64,000 nucleotides of DNA from a virus (IMGVR_UViG_3300009448_000012:10558-74557), one strand, 5' to 3'; numbered from the stretch's first letter, positions 30,466 through 41,037 are shown. The notes: generated by a model not told the origin, from the letters alone. A program made the numbers and translations.

Positions 30466-33400
30466 GCCGCGTTCCGATACTTTTCGGCCAGCACGCGGTC
30501 GACCAAGTCGCCCAAGGCGACGGCGACCGGCAGGGGGACCGCGTCGAACGCCCTGACGGCCGGATGCAGCTTCGGGAAGGCGATCGGGGCGGTCCAGGCT
30601 TCCGGGGCCTGTGCGGGCGCCTGTGCGGCTCTCACGGCAACCGGCTTAGCGGCGGCCGCCATCGGGAGACCGAGCATCGGCGCCCATAGCTCGACGCCTA
30701 TGACGGTCAGGTAGGCGAGGGCGACGCCGGCGGCCGCGCCGATCAGGGCGCCGGCCGCGACGTACAAGATCAGCTTGGTCGGGATCGTGATTGAGATCGT
30801 GTGATGTGACTTCACTGCATATGCTCCAAACGGACCGCCAGCGGCTTGAAGCCGGCGAAGGCGGTGGTTAGGTCGGGACCGGCGGCCGCCGCGATTGCGA
30901 GCAGCACCAGACCGACCAGGATGAACACAGGGCCGCTTCGGTCATTCATCGGCGCGCCGCATCATACAGCGCGCTTGCGGCGGGTGGCGAGGCGGGCGCG
31001 GTCGCGTACAGCCCGGCGAGGGCGACGGCGACCAGGGCGATCCATTGCACGGCGACGGTGTCCTTCAGGTTTGGGGACGCGAGCGCTTGGCGGCGCGCCG
31101 GCGCGTCCCCTGGTGAGTGGCTATGCCGGGACTTCGTTCAGCTCCGGCAACGTGGATTCGGCCAGCCCGCGAAGGCGGCGGATCAGTTGGTGTGTCCGCG
31201 ATCCCTTGCCGGCGCCCTGCTCGAACTGATGATCCAGTTCGGCCAGCTCGCGCGTGTTCTGGCTGATCAGGTCGAGCGCGGCCGTCGCGGCCTTGTCGGT
31301 CGGGCTGGTCTTGCTGGAGCCGCCCGACCGCATCAGGTCGACCAGGGCGTCCGAATATTCGGCGATGTCATTGACGACGATCTTTTCGTCCTGCTGGTCG
31401 GGCGTGTTGGCGGCCTTCAGCGCGGCGCTAAGACGGGTCGACAGAAGGGCGCGGATTAGTGCGATGCTTGACGATTTCATTTTTGGTTAGGACCTTTGTT
31501 TTTTCAGGGCTCAAGTAAGCGACGCCCCAAGGCGTCATTATCTGGTCAGGGTCAAGGACTTCGATCTTGGCTTCGTGCAACATCCATTTGGTACGCTTCG
31601 ACAATCCCTTGTCGATGCCGTATCGGATGCGCCAATAGCGCGCGCGATAGTACCATTTGCCGTTGCAAGCCTTCGTGAAATGTCGGACGGCCTCCTTCGT
31701 TCTGATAATGTATTGTTCGCCGGGCATTAGTCGAGCCTGTCCCAATCGTCCGCGTACACGTCGGCGCGCTCCAGTGGTCCAGGCAATCCCGCCCGATGAT
31801 CTTCGCACATGACGACAGTCCAGAAATGCACATGCGTCCGTCGGTCGATGAAATGCAGCGGATCGCCTGCGCGATAGGTCCATGCCGCGTAAGCTGGCCA
31901 CGCCTTGCGATACAGGCGCTTCCCGGCTTTGATGTCGTCGCGTAGCTCGATCAACAGCATCAAATCGGCCTTGTGACTATGTCGCCTGCCATGCGGTCGA
32001 CGTGCCAATGACCGCGTTGCGGGCCATGAATCTGAACGTTGTTCGTCGCACCGTTCGGCACGACACCGCGATCGGTCGCGATGGTGACGGCGTCGCGAAC
32101 GGCGAGGTTGAACGTGTGGCTGAAACCGGTCGCGATCATGCGATCGTCGACACCGACGATCGACCAGCGATACCAGCCGTGGAGCACGAAAATCCCGTGG
32201 CTCATTTCAGCTCACCGACATCGATCGAGACGACGCGCATACACTCCAGCGCCTCGGCGTTGGCGCCCTTGGCTTGGAGCGCTTCGACCGTGGCGGCACA
32301 TTCGGCCGCCGAGTGCATCCGCTCGAAGATGGGTCCGAAGCCGGCGATCTGACCGACCAGGAACCAGGATACCGTCAGGACGTGCATGGGCTAGGCTCCT
32401 TCATCGTTCAGCCGCTTGGCGACCGAGACCGCCGCGCTTTCGAATTCATACCGGATGATCCGCTTCGTCCGACTGCTCAGATGCTTTTCATCGGTGAAGC
32501 GATTGACGACGTACCAGCGCCGCCCCTTCGACTTGCTCCGGTCGTATGCCGGGACCCATTTCACGCTGTTCGCGAAGGCGTCGTCGATCGCCGCCTTGTA
32601 GCTTTCGAGCATCTGACCGTGGCTGATCGTGTCCAGGCAATCGGCCTTGATGAACACAATGTCGAGTCGGTGTTTGAGGGTGCGAGCGTCGATCATTTGG
32701 CGGACACCTTCAGGGCGAATCGGATGTGGCGGGCATAGACCGCGACGGCTTTCCAGTAGGCGGCCATCGGCGCTTTATGCCTGACCCAACTGTGTTCGGC
32801 GGCCGCGCGGGCGTCCTGTGACAGCTCATATAGAAGCTGTTCTAGGGCGACGCGGGCTTCCGGCGGAAGCTCCGCGATCTTCTGTGCGGCCGGCAAGCGC
32901 AAGATCGGATTGCGCGTTTCGGGCTTCGTGCTGCGCGCGGTCATTTCTTCCTCGCATTCAACTGGTCAGCGAAGCGCGCGGCGCCTTCCTCGGTCTTGTA
33001 GAGCACGGGCATCGCTCCACCGTCGCGGCGCGTCGTGCGGTTCCACGACCGGCCGTCAAGGTGCCGGATAGTCCATCGCTGGTTGTCCGGATTGAACACC
33101 GGGCGCCACGGCGTGAGCACGTCGAGCGCGGCCGGGATCTCGACTTGCAATTCCTCGACCGTGTTCAAGCCGAAGTGAATCGCTAAATCATCCTCACCGG
33201 TCATCTTGTCGATCGCTTCGTATTTGGCGGTCAGCACGGCCGCGATCAGCGCGCGGACCTTCTCGATCTCGACCTTCATTTGGCTGTTCCTCTGGTCTCG
33301 GCGTGCCGTTCGCTGTTCAGTTCGTAGGCGCGGCGCTCGGCGGCTTCGTGCTTGCCGAACGTGATCGCCCTGGTCGACCCGCCCTTGGCCAAGCAGCCAT

Positions 33401-34279
33401 AGAGCGCGCCGGTCGCGTGGTCGCGGATACCGAACCGGCCGCCGACCGTCTCGACTTTGAAGTCCTCGATCATGGTGAACTCGGCGCGGATCGCGTCGCC
33501 GATCTGATCGGCGATCCAGGCGTGATCGTCGACCATCGCCCGGAACAGATCCGGCGTTTCTTCGAGTTTTTCCATCGTGCGGTCGATCGCGGCGAGCGCG
33601 CGGGCAATGACGTCCTGTTCTTTCAGCATGGGATCACCGCCAGTAAGTCACGCCGTCGTCGCACAACCATCCGGTTTTGCCGGAGATCACGACCACGGAC
33701 ACAGGGTTCGTTCCGGACGGTGCGGACGGGTTCACCGTGACGCCGGTCGACCTGCTGGTCTTGCCGACGACGCGGCACGCGTGCTCGACCTTGAAGGCTT
33801 CCCATGTCTCGGTTTCTCGCGAGGACATGACGACAGCGACGACGACGAACAGGACGACCGTCACGGAAAGGGCGACCAGCAAAGGCAACGTGTGATCTCT
33901 ATTCGACATCGGACATCGCCTTTCTGATCGCTTCGTTCAGCGCGAACGCGCGGCGCTCGGCGGCCGCCTGGGTCTTGTAGTAAATCGGGTACCGCCGGCC
34001 GCCACGGCCGCGCGTCTGTTCGAGCACGGTCCCGTCGAGGTGTTCGACGACATACCGGCCGCCGTGGCTGTGCTTCGCGGTCCACAGGGCGCCGCGCTTG
34101 AATTCCTGGTTGACCTCGATCACCGCGCGTTCGCGCACCATCGCGGCGCCGGCGAGGATGCCGGCGATCGTCAGTTCGTTGTCCGGCGTTTCCTCGATCG
34201 TGGCTGCGTACTTTTCGACGAATTCCAGCGCGCGCAGCAACGCGGCGGTGACACGGTCGATCGTGTTCTGTTCGGTCAT
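30462..34279 (-). other. run of about 14 small coupled hypothetical genes, including paralog-like 32391-32696, 32941-33279, 33276-33629 and 33899-34279
   Basis: ATGA overlaps; shared C-terminal Y/F....AA...A..LN motif. Confidence 0.65.
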
Positions 34280-34473
34280 TGGGGAACCCCTAAGAGATGA
34301 TTGCCAAGGTGATGATTAAGCCGGTCAGGATAATGGTCACGAAGATGATCGGACCCGCCCGGCGCTGGAGGTTGTAAGTCGCCTTGTACCGGCGCCACGG
34401 GTCCGAGAGGACGAACAGGGCGGCGCCGGCGAGGACCAACAAGGCGAGGGTTAGCGGTGTGATGGTCACAGGT

Positions 34474-35079
34474 TCATTCCCCGCGCAGCCATTGACGGAT
34501 CAAGTCCAGGTCGTCGAAGTCCTGGTCGTTCATCATGCAAATGACGTCGAGCATGAACCGGACGTTCTCGCGCGACACCGGCTTGCCGGACGCAAAAAGA
34601 AAGCGGGACATGATCGCGGTCGCCTTGTCGAAAGTGCGAACCTTGGTTTCTTCGGTCACGGCCTCGGCGACCAGGGCTGACGACGCCTTCAGCGCGTCGA
34701 CGACCGGCGCGGTCGGGCGCTGCTCGACCAGCTCGTGACGGTGGGCGACGTAATCCAGCATTTCTTGCTGGTACGCGCGCAGCTTGGGCGCGCGCGGCGT
34801 CGCCAGCGCGGCCGCTTCCTCGGCGGTGAGCTTCTTCCCGCTGACGACCGCGTGTTCGGTCTTGTCGGCGTACAGAACGGGCGACATGCTGTACCGACCT
34901 TGCGGGTCGATTGCCTCGACGCCGTCGATCACGCGGATCGTGCGGCGGACTTCCTCGCCGCGAACCTTGATCCACACGCATTTGTCGGTGCGGCGGATGA
35001 TCTCGAAAGCGAAGATGGTGTCATAGTCGGCGCTGGAGCGGGCGGCGTAGGACTGGCCGGGAACGAATTTGATGGTCAT
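34474..35079 (-). CDS. hypothetical cassette gene
   Basis: Starts MTIKF directly after a type-A leader. Confidence 0.75.
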   Translation of the reverse strand: MTIKFVPGQSYAARSSADYDTIFAFEIIRRTDKCVWIKVRGEEVRRTIRVIDGVEAIDPQGRYSMSPVLYADKTEHAVVSGKKLTAEEAAALATPRAPKLRAYQQEMLDYVAHRHELVEQRPTAPVVDALKASSALVAEAVTEETKVRTFDKATAIMSRFLFASGKPVSRENVRFMLDVICMMNDQDFDDLDLIRQWLRGE

Positions 35080-35132
35080 GACGGGGAACCCCTTGAGAGT
35101 GGCGGGCGCCGCGCGGGCGCCCTGGTTGGTGG

Positions 35133-35285
35133 TCAGTTCTTGCGGAAGCTGCGAACGATCTCGCGACGAAAACCGGGCGAAAGCTGGTGCCACTGATCCT
35201 CGGTCCCCGCGAACGCGCCAAGCGCGACGGCTTCGGCGTGGGTCGGCGTCGGGCTGGCAGGCTTCCATGCGTGATATCTGGCCAT
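35133..35285 (-). CDS. 50-aa hypothetical cassette gene
   Basis: MARYHAW after a type-B leader. Confidence 0.7.
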   Translation of the reverse strand: MARYHAWKPASPTPTHAEAVALGAFAGTEDQWHQLSPGFRREIVRSFRKN

Positions 35286-35358
35286 CTTGGGGAACCCCTT
35301 GAGAGAACCGGGCGACACCGCGCCGCCCGTGCTTTCGTTTCTATAGGCTCACTCGTGC

Positions 35359-36777
35359 TCAGTCAAGCGGTATGTCACTAAATCGTTCCAGGGTGAGCGG
35401 GTCGACGTGCAAGTGATGTTGCGCCCTGGTGATCGCGACATAGAACAGCCGGCGTTCTTCCAAGCTGATGTTGGCGTCGTCGTCCTCGGCGTCGCCGCGC
35501 ATGAAGTCGTCATTGATCGCCACGGAAGGCCATTCCAGCCCCTTGGCCTTGTGACCCGTGGCGAGCGTGACGCAACCTGTCACCGGCTTGTCGCGGATCT
35601 GCTCCAGGACCCGCCGGAGCTTGCTACAGCCGTATTTGCCGACCAGATTGACGAAGACCTTCAGGGACGCCCCTTCGTCCGTGGCGGCGTATTCCTGGAC
35701 CTTGCTCCAGGTCTCGAAACCAAGCAGCTCGCCGGCCTTGGGCAACCGGCCGTTCTGAAGCCCGTCCGCGTCGTCGACCAGCGCGCGCAGCTCGCCGGCG
35801 CCCTTGGGCGTGTAGACGATCCGGCCGGCGTCCAGATACCGGAAGGCGTTTTCGATCAGCCCGGTGTTCGTGCGGACCAGGACCGCGTCGACGCCGGCGG
35901 GACGACCGCCGCTGACGGTGTCACGAATGACGCTGTGACCATGAAGCGGGTACTTTTCGCCCATGGCGGTCAGCACGCCGTTCGCGGCGGCCGCGATCTG
36001 GTCGCCGAAGCGGAAGGACTTCGTCAGCCGGCATTCATGACCCGGCAAGATGGTCAGGGCGTCTTTGGCGCCGCGCCATGCATAGATCTGCTGATGACTG
36101 TCGCCGACCGCGATGATCTGGGCTTCCTGGTTCCGGATCACGCCGAGGACGACGCCGTTCGTGTCCTGGGCTTCGTCGACCAGGATGAAGTCGAACCGCA
36201 AGCGCGGATTGCTCAGCGCCCAAAGCTTCACGTATCCGTCGCCGCCCAAGGGCATGTCGTCCGCCGGGTCGGTCATGTGCGACCAGACGTCGGCGGCCGC
36301 GACCGGCGCCCATTTATAGAAGAATTCCTGGACCTCGGTCGTCATGCCGGGCACGCGCGGAACAAAGAATTCCGTGATCGAGCGCGAATCGGACTGACAG
36401 AAACGGGTCAGCACGCTGGCGACGATCGACTTGAAGATGTCCGGGTTTACCGGAAGCTTGTCCTTGACGCATGAAATGTCGAAGCTCCAGGACTTCGGCG
36501 ACTTGCGAAGCTTGCGTTCCGGGTCGAACCCGCGATCGGCGACCGCGCGAAAGGCGAGGCTGTGCGTCGTGCGGCACTCGACGTTGTAGGGGAATTTCAG
36601 GCGGGCGTCGGTCGCAACCGACGTGTTGAACGCCATGTAAAGCCCGCGATAGGTCTTCATCTGGATCGCGAAATTCACAAGGGTCGAGGTCTTGCCGGCG
36701 CCGGCGAAGGCGATGAACTTCGTCGGGAGCCGCTTCATCGCATAGTCGATCGCGTAACATTGTTCGGGCGTGAGCAT
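35359..36777 (-). CDS. UvrD/Rep-family (SF1) DNA helicase
   Basis: AFAGAGKT, DEAQD, GDSHQQIY, KSFRFG, HKAKGLEW, YVAITRA. Confidence 0.93.
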   Translation of the reverse strand: MLTPEQCYAIDYAMKRLPTKFIAFAGAGKTSTLVNFAIQMKTYRGLYMAFNTSVATDARLKFPYNVECRTTHSLAFRAVADRGFDPERKLRKSPKSWSFDISCVKDKLPVNPDIFKSIVASVLTRFCQSDSRSITEFFVPRVPGMTTEVQEFFYKWAPVAAADVWSHMTDPADDMPLGGDGYVKLWALSNPRLRFDFILVDEAQDTNGVVLGVIRNQEAQIIAVGDSHQQIYAWRGAKDALTILPGHECRLTKSFRFGDQIAAAANGVLTAMGEKYPLHGHSVIRDTVSGGRPAGVDAVLVRTNTGLIENAFRYLDAGRIVYTPKGAGELRALVDDADGLQNGRLPKAGELLGFETWSKVQEYAATDEGASLKVFVNLVGKYGCSKLRRVLEQIRDKPVTGCVTLATGHKAKGLEWPSVAINDDFMRGDAEDDDANISLEERRLFYVAITRAQHHLHVDPLTLERFSDIPLD

Positions 36778-36781
36778 GGCG

Positions 36782-37144
36782 CTAGACCTTCAGGAATTGA
36801 ACGGGAAGCTCGGGATCATATGCAAGGATCTCGGTCACTTCCTTCGCGGTCAAAGGCTTGCCGTCCGTCTTGCCGTTCACCGCGACATATCCGCCGGCGA
36901 TCTTGCTGGTCAACGTGCTGACATGGATCACGACGCTGATCGGATAGGTCACGACGGGAAGGTTCGCGCGATAGACGACTTCGACCTTCAGTTCAGCTTT
37001 GTCGCGAAGCCCGGCGACATAGGTCTTGCATGCGACGAGCGTGGGGAATTTCGTGAACAGCTCGCGGGCGGCGTCTTCGCGCGTGTCATGCGCGGTGGAG
37101 CACACCGGACCGTCGCCGCGTATGATGGCTGAAGCAGTGAACAT
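36782..37144 (-). CDS. hypothetical cassette gene
   Basis: ATG after a type-A leader. Confidence 0.75.
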   Translation of the reverse strand: MFTASAIIRGDGPVCSTAHDTREDAARELFTKFPTLVACKTYVAGLRDKAELKVEVVYRANLPVVTYPISVVIHVSTLTSKIAGGYVAVNGKTDGKPLTAKEVTEILAYDPELPVQFLKV

Positions 37145-37197
37145 GATGGGGAACCCCTTGAGAGTGGCGGGCGCCGCGCGGGCGCCCTGGTTGGTGG

Positions 37198-37401
37198 TCA
37201 GCGGGCGAAATGGGTCCAGTGTGCGTTCAGACGGTCGCGATCGGTTGCGCCGGCATAAAGGGAGTGGACACCGGTCGGACCGTACATCCGAAATTCGTTG
37301 TCACTTTTGCAGTAAATCAGCTTGCAAGTCCGGTCGGCGCTCATGACGAAAGCACCGGACTTATTGAGAAGCTTCGCGAACTGTTGGGTCGTGATATTCA
37401 T
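37198..37401 (-). CDS. hypothetical cassette gene
   Basis: ATG after a type-A leader. Confidence 0.75.
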   Translation of the reverse strand: MNITTQQFAKLLNKSGAFVMSADRTCKLIYCKSDNEFRMYGPTGVHSLYAGATDRDRLNAHWTHFAR

Positions 37402-37454
37402 TTGGGGAACCCCTTGAGAGTGGCGGGCGGCTCGCGGCCGCCCTGGTTGGTGAA

Positions 37455-37586
37455 TTATTTCCGAGGCGCTTTGATAGTGGCTTCAAGGGCGGCGATACGG
37501 CGGACCATTTCTTTTCTTGTTATCATGCCGTCCCGGTGGTGTTGCTTGGCGTCTTCGATGTACAGCTTGACTTCATCGTTCGTCAT
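37455..37586 (-). CDS. 43-aa hypothetical cassette gene
   Basis: MTNDEV after a type-B leader. Confidence 0.7.
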   Translation of the reverse strand: MTNDEVKLYIEDAKQHHRDGMITRKEMVRRIAALEATIKAPRK

Positions 37587-37588
37587 CT

Positions 37589-37686
37589 GGGGAACCCCTT
37601 GAGAGAACCGGGCGACACCGCGCCGCCCGTGCAACAAGTCATAAAGGCTCACTTGTGCTCAGTCAAGATTAAAAATCTTTTTAATT
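37589..37686 (-). promoter_or_regulatory. type-B element (AT-rich inverted repeat, promoter, hairpin, leader); near-identical at 38770-38867 and 40411-40508, variant at 35289-35367
   Basis: ATTAAAAA-GA-TTTTTAAT, then TTGACT-N17-TATGAC, GGGCG..CGCCC hairpin, CTCTCAAGGGGTTCCCC. Confidence 0.85.
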
Positions 37687-38307
37687 TTTCCAGGCGTTGA
37701 GCGCCGCGCGTGCGGCTGCTTCCCTGGTGGCGAAGCGGCGGAAACCGCCGGAAATGGTCACAAGGTCCTGATAACTCGCACCGTCGAACTTCCACGCGGA
37801 CCAGCGCTTGTTGCTTTTGACGCCGCTCGACCCGGCCGTCGAGACGGTGACGGTGATGACCTTGTCGCCGTGACCCTTGATCACCGTCTTCCATTGCCGG
37901 GCGCTTGAACCTTGCAAGAACGTCTGACCGCCGATCTCGAAGCTTTCCAGCTTGGCGGCGCGGGTCGCTTCGTCGCGGGCGTCCGCTTGGGCGATGCGAT
38001 GGTCGAGGTCGGTTTTGCCGGTGCTGTCGATCGGCAGGGCGCGCAGCTCGGCGGCGACGTTGCTGCCCAACGCAACACCGCGATGAACCGTCGCCTCGAT
38101 CCGCATGTCGCCGACGCGGGCGAAGGCTTGCGTATACCGGATGACGACGGGATGACGCTCCAGGCGGACCAGGATGTCGTCGAGGCATTCGCCCATGTTC
38201 AGCGCGAGCGCGAACACGCGATTGACGAAGCGGGTTTCGCGGGTCTCGCCGGCGTCGATCGCGTCGGCAAGTTCGGCGTTGGTCATGGTCTTGATCGGTT
38301 TGGTCAT
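37681..38307 (-). CDS. hypothetical cassette gene
   Basis: MTKPIK after a type-A leader; stop codon lies inside the next element. Confidence 0.75.
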   Translation of the reverse strand: MTKPIKTMTNAELADAIDAGETRETRFVNRVFALALNMGECLDDILVRLERHPVVIRYTQAFARVGDMRIEATVHRGVALGSNVAAELRALPIDSTGKTDLDHRIAQADARDEATRAAKLESFEIGGQTFLQGSSARQWKTVIKGHGDKVITVTVSTAGSSGVKSNKRWSAWKFDGASYQDLVTISGGFRRFATREAAARAALNAWKN

Positions 38308-38365
38308 AGCGGGGAACCCCTTGAGAGTGGCGGGCGCCGGCGATGCCGGGCGCCCTGGTTGGTGA

Positions 38366-38548
38366 TCAGCGGCAGGACAGGACGAAGGCGAGAGCGGTCC
38401 TCGGCGACTTGGCTTGAACCCAGCCATTGTTACAGCGAAGGACGCGGCGATCGTCGTCGTCGTAGCACAGATATAGGCCGTGCTCGTTGCAGGTCTTGAG
38501 CGCTTCGACGACCATGTTCCAAGATGTGGAGCGGCGGCGGAATGTCAT
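38366..38548 (-). CDS. hypothetical cassette gene
   Basis: MTFRRRS after a type-A leader. Confidence 0.65.
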   Translation of the reverse strand: MTFRRRSTSWNMVVEALKTCNEHGLYLCYDDDDRRVLRCNNGWVQAKSPRTALAFVLSCR

Positions 38549-38601
38549 AACGGGGAACCCCTTGAGAGTGGTGGGCGCCGCGCGGGCGCCCTGGTTGGTG
38601 A

Positions 38602-38766
38602 TTAGATCAGGCGAGATTCGACCCAATGGATTTCACCGAATGCGTCTTCGAAACGCCAAGCCATTTTAGAGGCTTCTGTTTCTGAAACGAAAGTCATGGG
38701 CGTGCGGTCTTGGTTGCAAACCAGCATGAATTTGTCGTTTTGCATGAAACGGATGACGAAGATCAT
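38602..38766 (-). CDS. hypothetical cassette gene
   Basis: MIFVIRF after a type-B leader. Confidence 0.7.
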   Translation of the reverse strand: MIFVIRFMQNDKFMLVCNQDRTPMTFVSETEASKMAWRFEDAFGEIHWVESRLI

Positions 38767-38861
38767 ATCGGGGAACCCCTTGAGAGAACCGGGCGACACC
38801 GCGCCGCCCGTGCAACAAGTCATAAAGGCTCACTTGTGCTCAGTCAAGATTAAAAATCTTT

Positions 38862-39667
38862 TTAATTCACGACCCGGTATTCGAGGCGCGTCAACCATCC
38901 CGACATATCGGGAAATCCGTCCGGGTCGGTGTATCCGTCCAGCCCGATGAACCGGCTTTCGCCGGTGTGCTCGCCGGTCAGTTGGGTGATGTAAACGATC
39001 AAGCCTTCCTGGATCAGCATGAAGCCGACACCGTCTTTCGCGAGCACCGCCCTTGTGATCATGATGCTGAACCCTTTGGTTGAATGTTACCGGCGAACCG
39101 GCTTGCGTTTGGGAAGGTCCTCGACGATCTCGCGTTGCTCGCCGGGCAAGCCCGACCGGTTGTCGCTGTAGGCTTGCGCAAGCTCGCGCGTCTCGAAGCG
39201 CATGTGCGCGCCGCGATTGGCGATGAACCATTTCCACACGACCCGCCCTTCGAACCGGTACCGGATGCGGAAGCGGCGCGGACCGTCGTCGACCTTCTTC
39301 ACCAGCCGACTGACGACCTCGAACAGCTCGGACAGGCGCGGGCACATCGTCGGGCCGATCGGAAGCGCGACGATCTCGGCGAGCAGTTCGCGGGCTTCCT
39401 GCGCGGTCATGTCGACCTGGATTGCGTCGGTCATGACTGCTCCGCCTTCAGCTCGATGATCTCGAAATGGACGTCGGTGATCAGTTCTTGCATGTGATGG
39501 CGGATGCGCAGTTCGGCTGATGCGCGGGACGCGGCGAACTGCGCATAATGGCGGGTGACGCCTTGGGCGGTTTCGCCGACGATCAGCCACGCGAACGGGC
39601 GGATGCGGGCGGTTTCCTGATTCGGAATATTCAGGACGTGACCGGTCGTGAAGATGACTTGCTTCAT
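38862..39667 (-). other. three-gene cassette (39431-39667, 39087-39434, 38862-39062)
   Basis: First ATG follows a type-A leader; first two genes overlap by ATGA. Confidence 0.65.
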
Positions 39668-39724
39668 GGGGGAACCCCTTGAGAGTGGCGGGCGCCGGCC
39701 GGAGCCGGGCGCCTTGGTTGCGGC

Positions 39725-40408
39725 CTAGTCGAGGATGAAGGTTTTCAGCCAAGCGGGGCCGTGCGAGTTGCGCAGGGCGTACACGACGGCTTCGGCGTCG
39801 GTGGTGGTGACGGCGCGTTCCCAAAGCTTGCGGATGTCGCGTTTCCAGTTGCGCGAGTCGCGAATGATGAAGGTCGTCAGGGCGGCTTTTTGCTCGGCGG
39901 TCAGCGGGGCGTGAGCCGCCTTGCGGCCCTTTCGGGCCGGTTTGGCGGGCTTGGCGGCCGGCGTGTCGTCGACGACCTCATAGGTCGTTCCGTCGCGGCT
40001 GGCGGCGACATAGGTCGCCATGCTGGCTTCAGCGCCGGCGCGGGTTTCGAAACGCGCATCCTGGTTGCTGCTACCGTTGCCGATGTGGAACGACCGGCCG
40101 TCCTTATAGGTGTACTTGATCCGGAAGGGCTGGCGGGCGGTCAGCTCGGCTTTCCACGCCTTGGCGTCGTGCTCGACGGTCGGGACGATCTCGATCGCGC
40201 CGTCCGTGGTCTTGCGAGCGGACTGCCATGCTGCGGCGGCTTTCTGTGCGAGGTCGTGACGGCTGCTGAAGCCGGTTTCAACCGCGTTGCCGTACTTGGG
40301 ATGGTTGCTGACGGCTTTCCAGGCGAAGGCGAGCTTCATGGTCGTCGAGCGATGGACGAAGGAACCGTCCTTGAAGGTGGCGACCAGGGTGATTTTTTTG
40401 GCGGGCAT
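39725..40408 (-). CDS. hypothetical multi-module cassette gene
   Basis: MPAKKIT after a type-B leader. Confidence 0.75.
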   Translation of the reverse strand: MPAKKITLVATFKDGSFVHRSTTMKLAFAWKAVSNHPKYGNAVETGFSSRHDLAQKAAAAWQSARKTTDGAIEIVPTVEHDAKAWKAELTARQPFRIKYTYKDGRSFHIGNGSSNQDARFETRAGAEASMATYVAASRDGTTYEVVDDTPAAKPAKPARKGRKAAHAPLTAEQKAALTTFIIRDSRNWKRDIRKLWERAVTTTDAEAVVYALRNSHGPAWLKTFILD

Positions 40409-40480
40409 TGGGGGAACCCCTTGAGAGAACCGGGCGACACCGCGCCGCCCGTGCAACAAGTCATAAAGGCTCACTTGTGC

Positions 40481-40702
40481 TCAGTCAACATTAAAAATCT
40501 TTTTAATTTTCGGGATCGCCGCGACGCTGGTTTCAGGGTGGATCTTACGGAACTTGACCGCCGGCTTACGGACGTTGCGACCGTACTGGTCGACGATGGT
40601 CACGCCGGCGCGACCGCGCGATGCGTCGCGGATCTCGGTCAGGCTGGCGAACGCCTTGGGCTCGATCTCGCCGGTGCTGGTGTTCTTGACGCGGTATGTC
40701 AT
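40481..40702 (-). CDS. hypothetical cassette gene
   Basis: ATG abuts the leader; C-terminus is encoded by the type-B element. Confidence 0.7.
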   Translation of the reverse strand: MTYRVKNTSTGEIEPKAFASLTEIRDASRGRAGVTIVDQYGRNVRKPAVKFRKIHPETSVAAIPKIKKIFNVD

Positions 40703-40796
40703 GGGGAACCCCTTGAGAGGGCGACCGTCAGGTCGCTGTGAGAGTGGTGGGCGCCCGGCACGGACCGTTTAGGCCGTGGTGCGAGCGCCCTGGTGA

Positions 40797-40970
40797 CTAG
40801 CTGACTGCTTCGACCGAATAGATCACGTCCTTGTCGAGGTTGGCCATCTCGCACCGGACTGAGTAATTCTCGGCGGTGTGCCTCGTCAGCGGCTCGCCGC
40901 GCATGTTGGTCGTGGCGACGATCTCGACTTCGTTCGTGACCTTGTTCGTCTTAATGACTTGGTAGTTCAT
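40797..40970 (-). CDS. 57-aa hypothetical protein (not in ORF track)
   Basis: MNYQVIKTNKVTNEVEIV...; GGAG RBS; first gene after the promoter at 41006-41035. Confidence 0.65.
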   Translation of the reverse strand: MNYQVIKTNKVTNEVEIVATTNMRGEPLTRHTAENYSVRCEMANLDKDVIYSVEAVS

Positions 40971-41005
40971 GGCGCTTTCTCCAAAGCTTCGTTGCCGATG
41001 AACTG

Positions 41006-41035
41006 AACATAAGGCTCACTCGTGCTCACCGCAAG
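41006..41035 (-). promoter_or_regulatory. sigma70-type promoter with operator box
   Basis: TTGCGG-N17-TATGTT; spacer TGAGCACGAGTGAGCCT. Confidence 0.7.
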
Positions 41036-41037
41036 AC

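Larger units (their letters stand above)
34281..40796 (-). repeat. repeated leader element GGGGAACCCCTTGAGAG (+ strand text), 11 exact copies
   Basis: Cores start at 35083, 35289, 37148, 37404, 37589, 38311, 38552, 38770, 39669, 40411, 40703; degenerate at 34281 and 48211; each 0-3 nt upstream of a minus-strand ATG. Confidence 0.95.

Noticed and set aside
35083-40796. CRISPR array interpretation of the GGGGAACCCC repeats
   Set aside because: Intervals are about 185-1860 bp, irregular and contain whole genes; no cas operon
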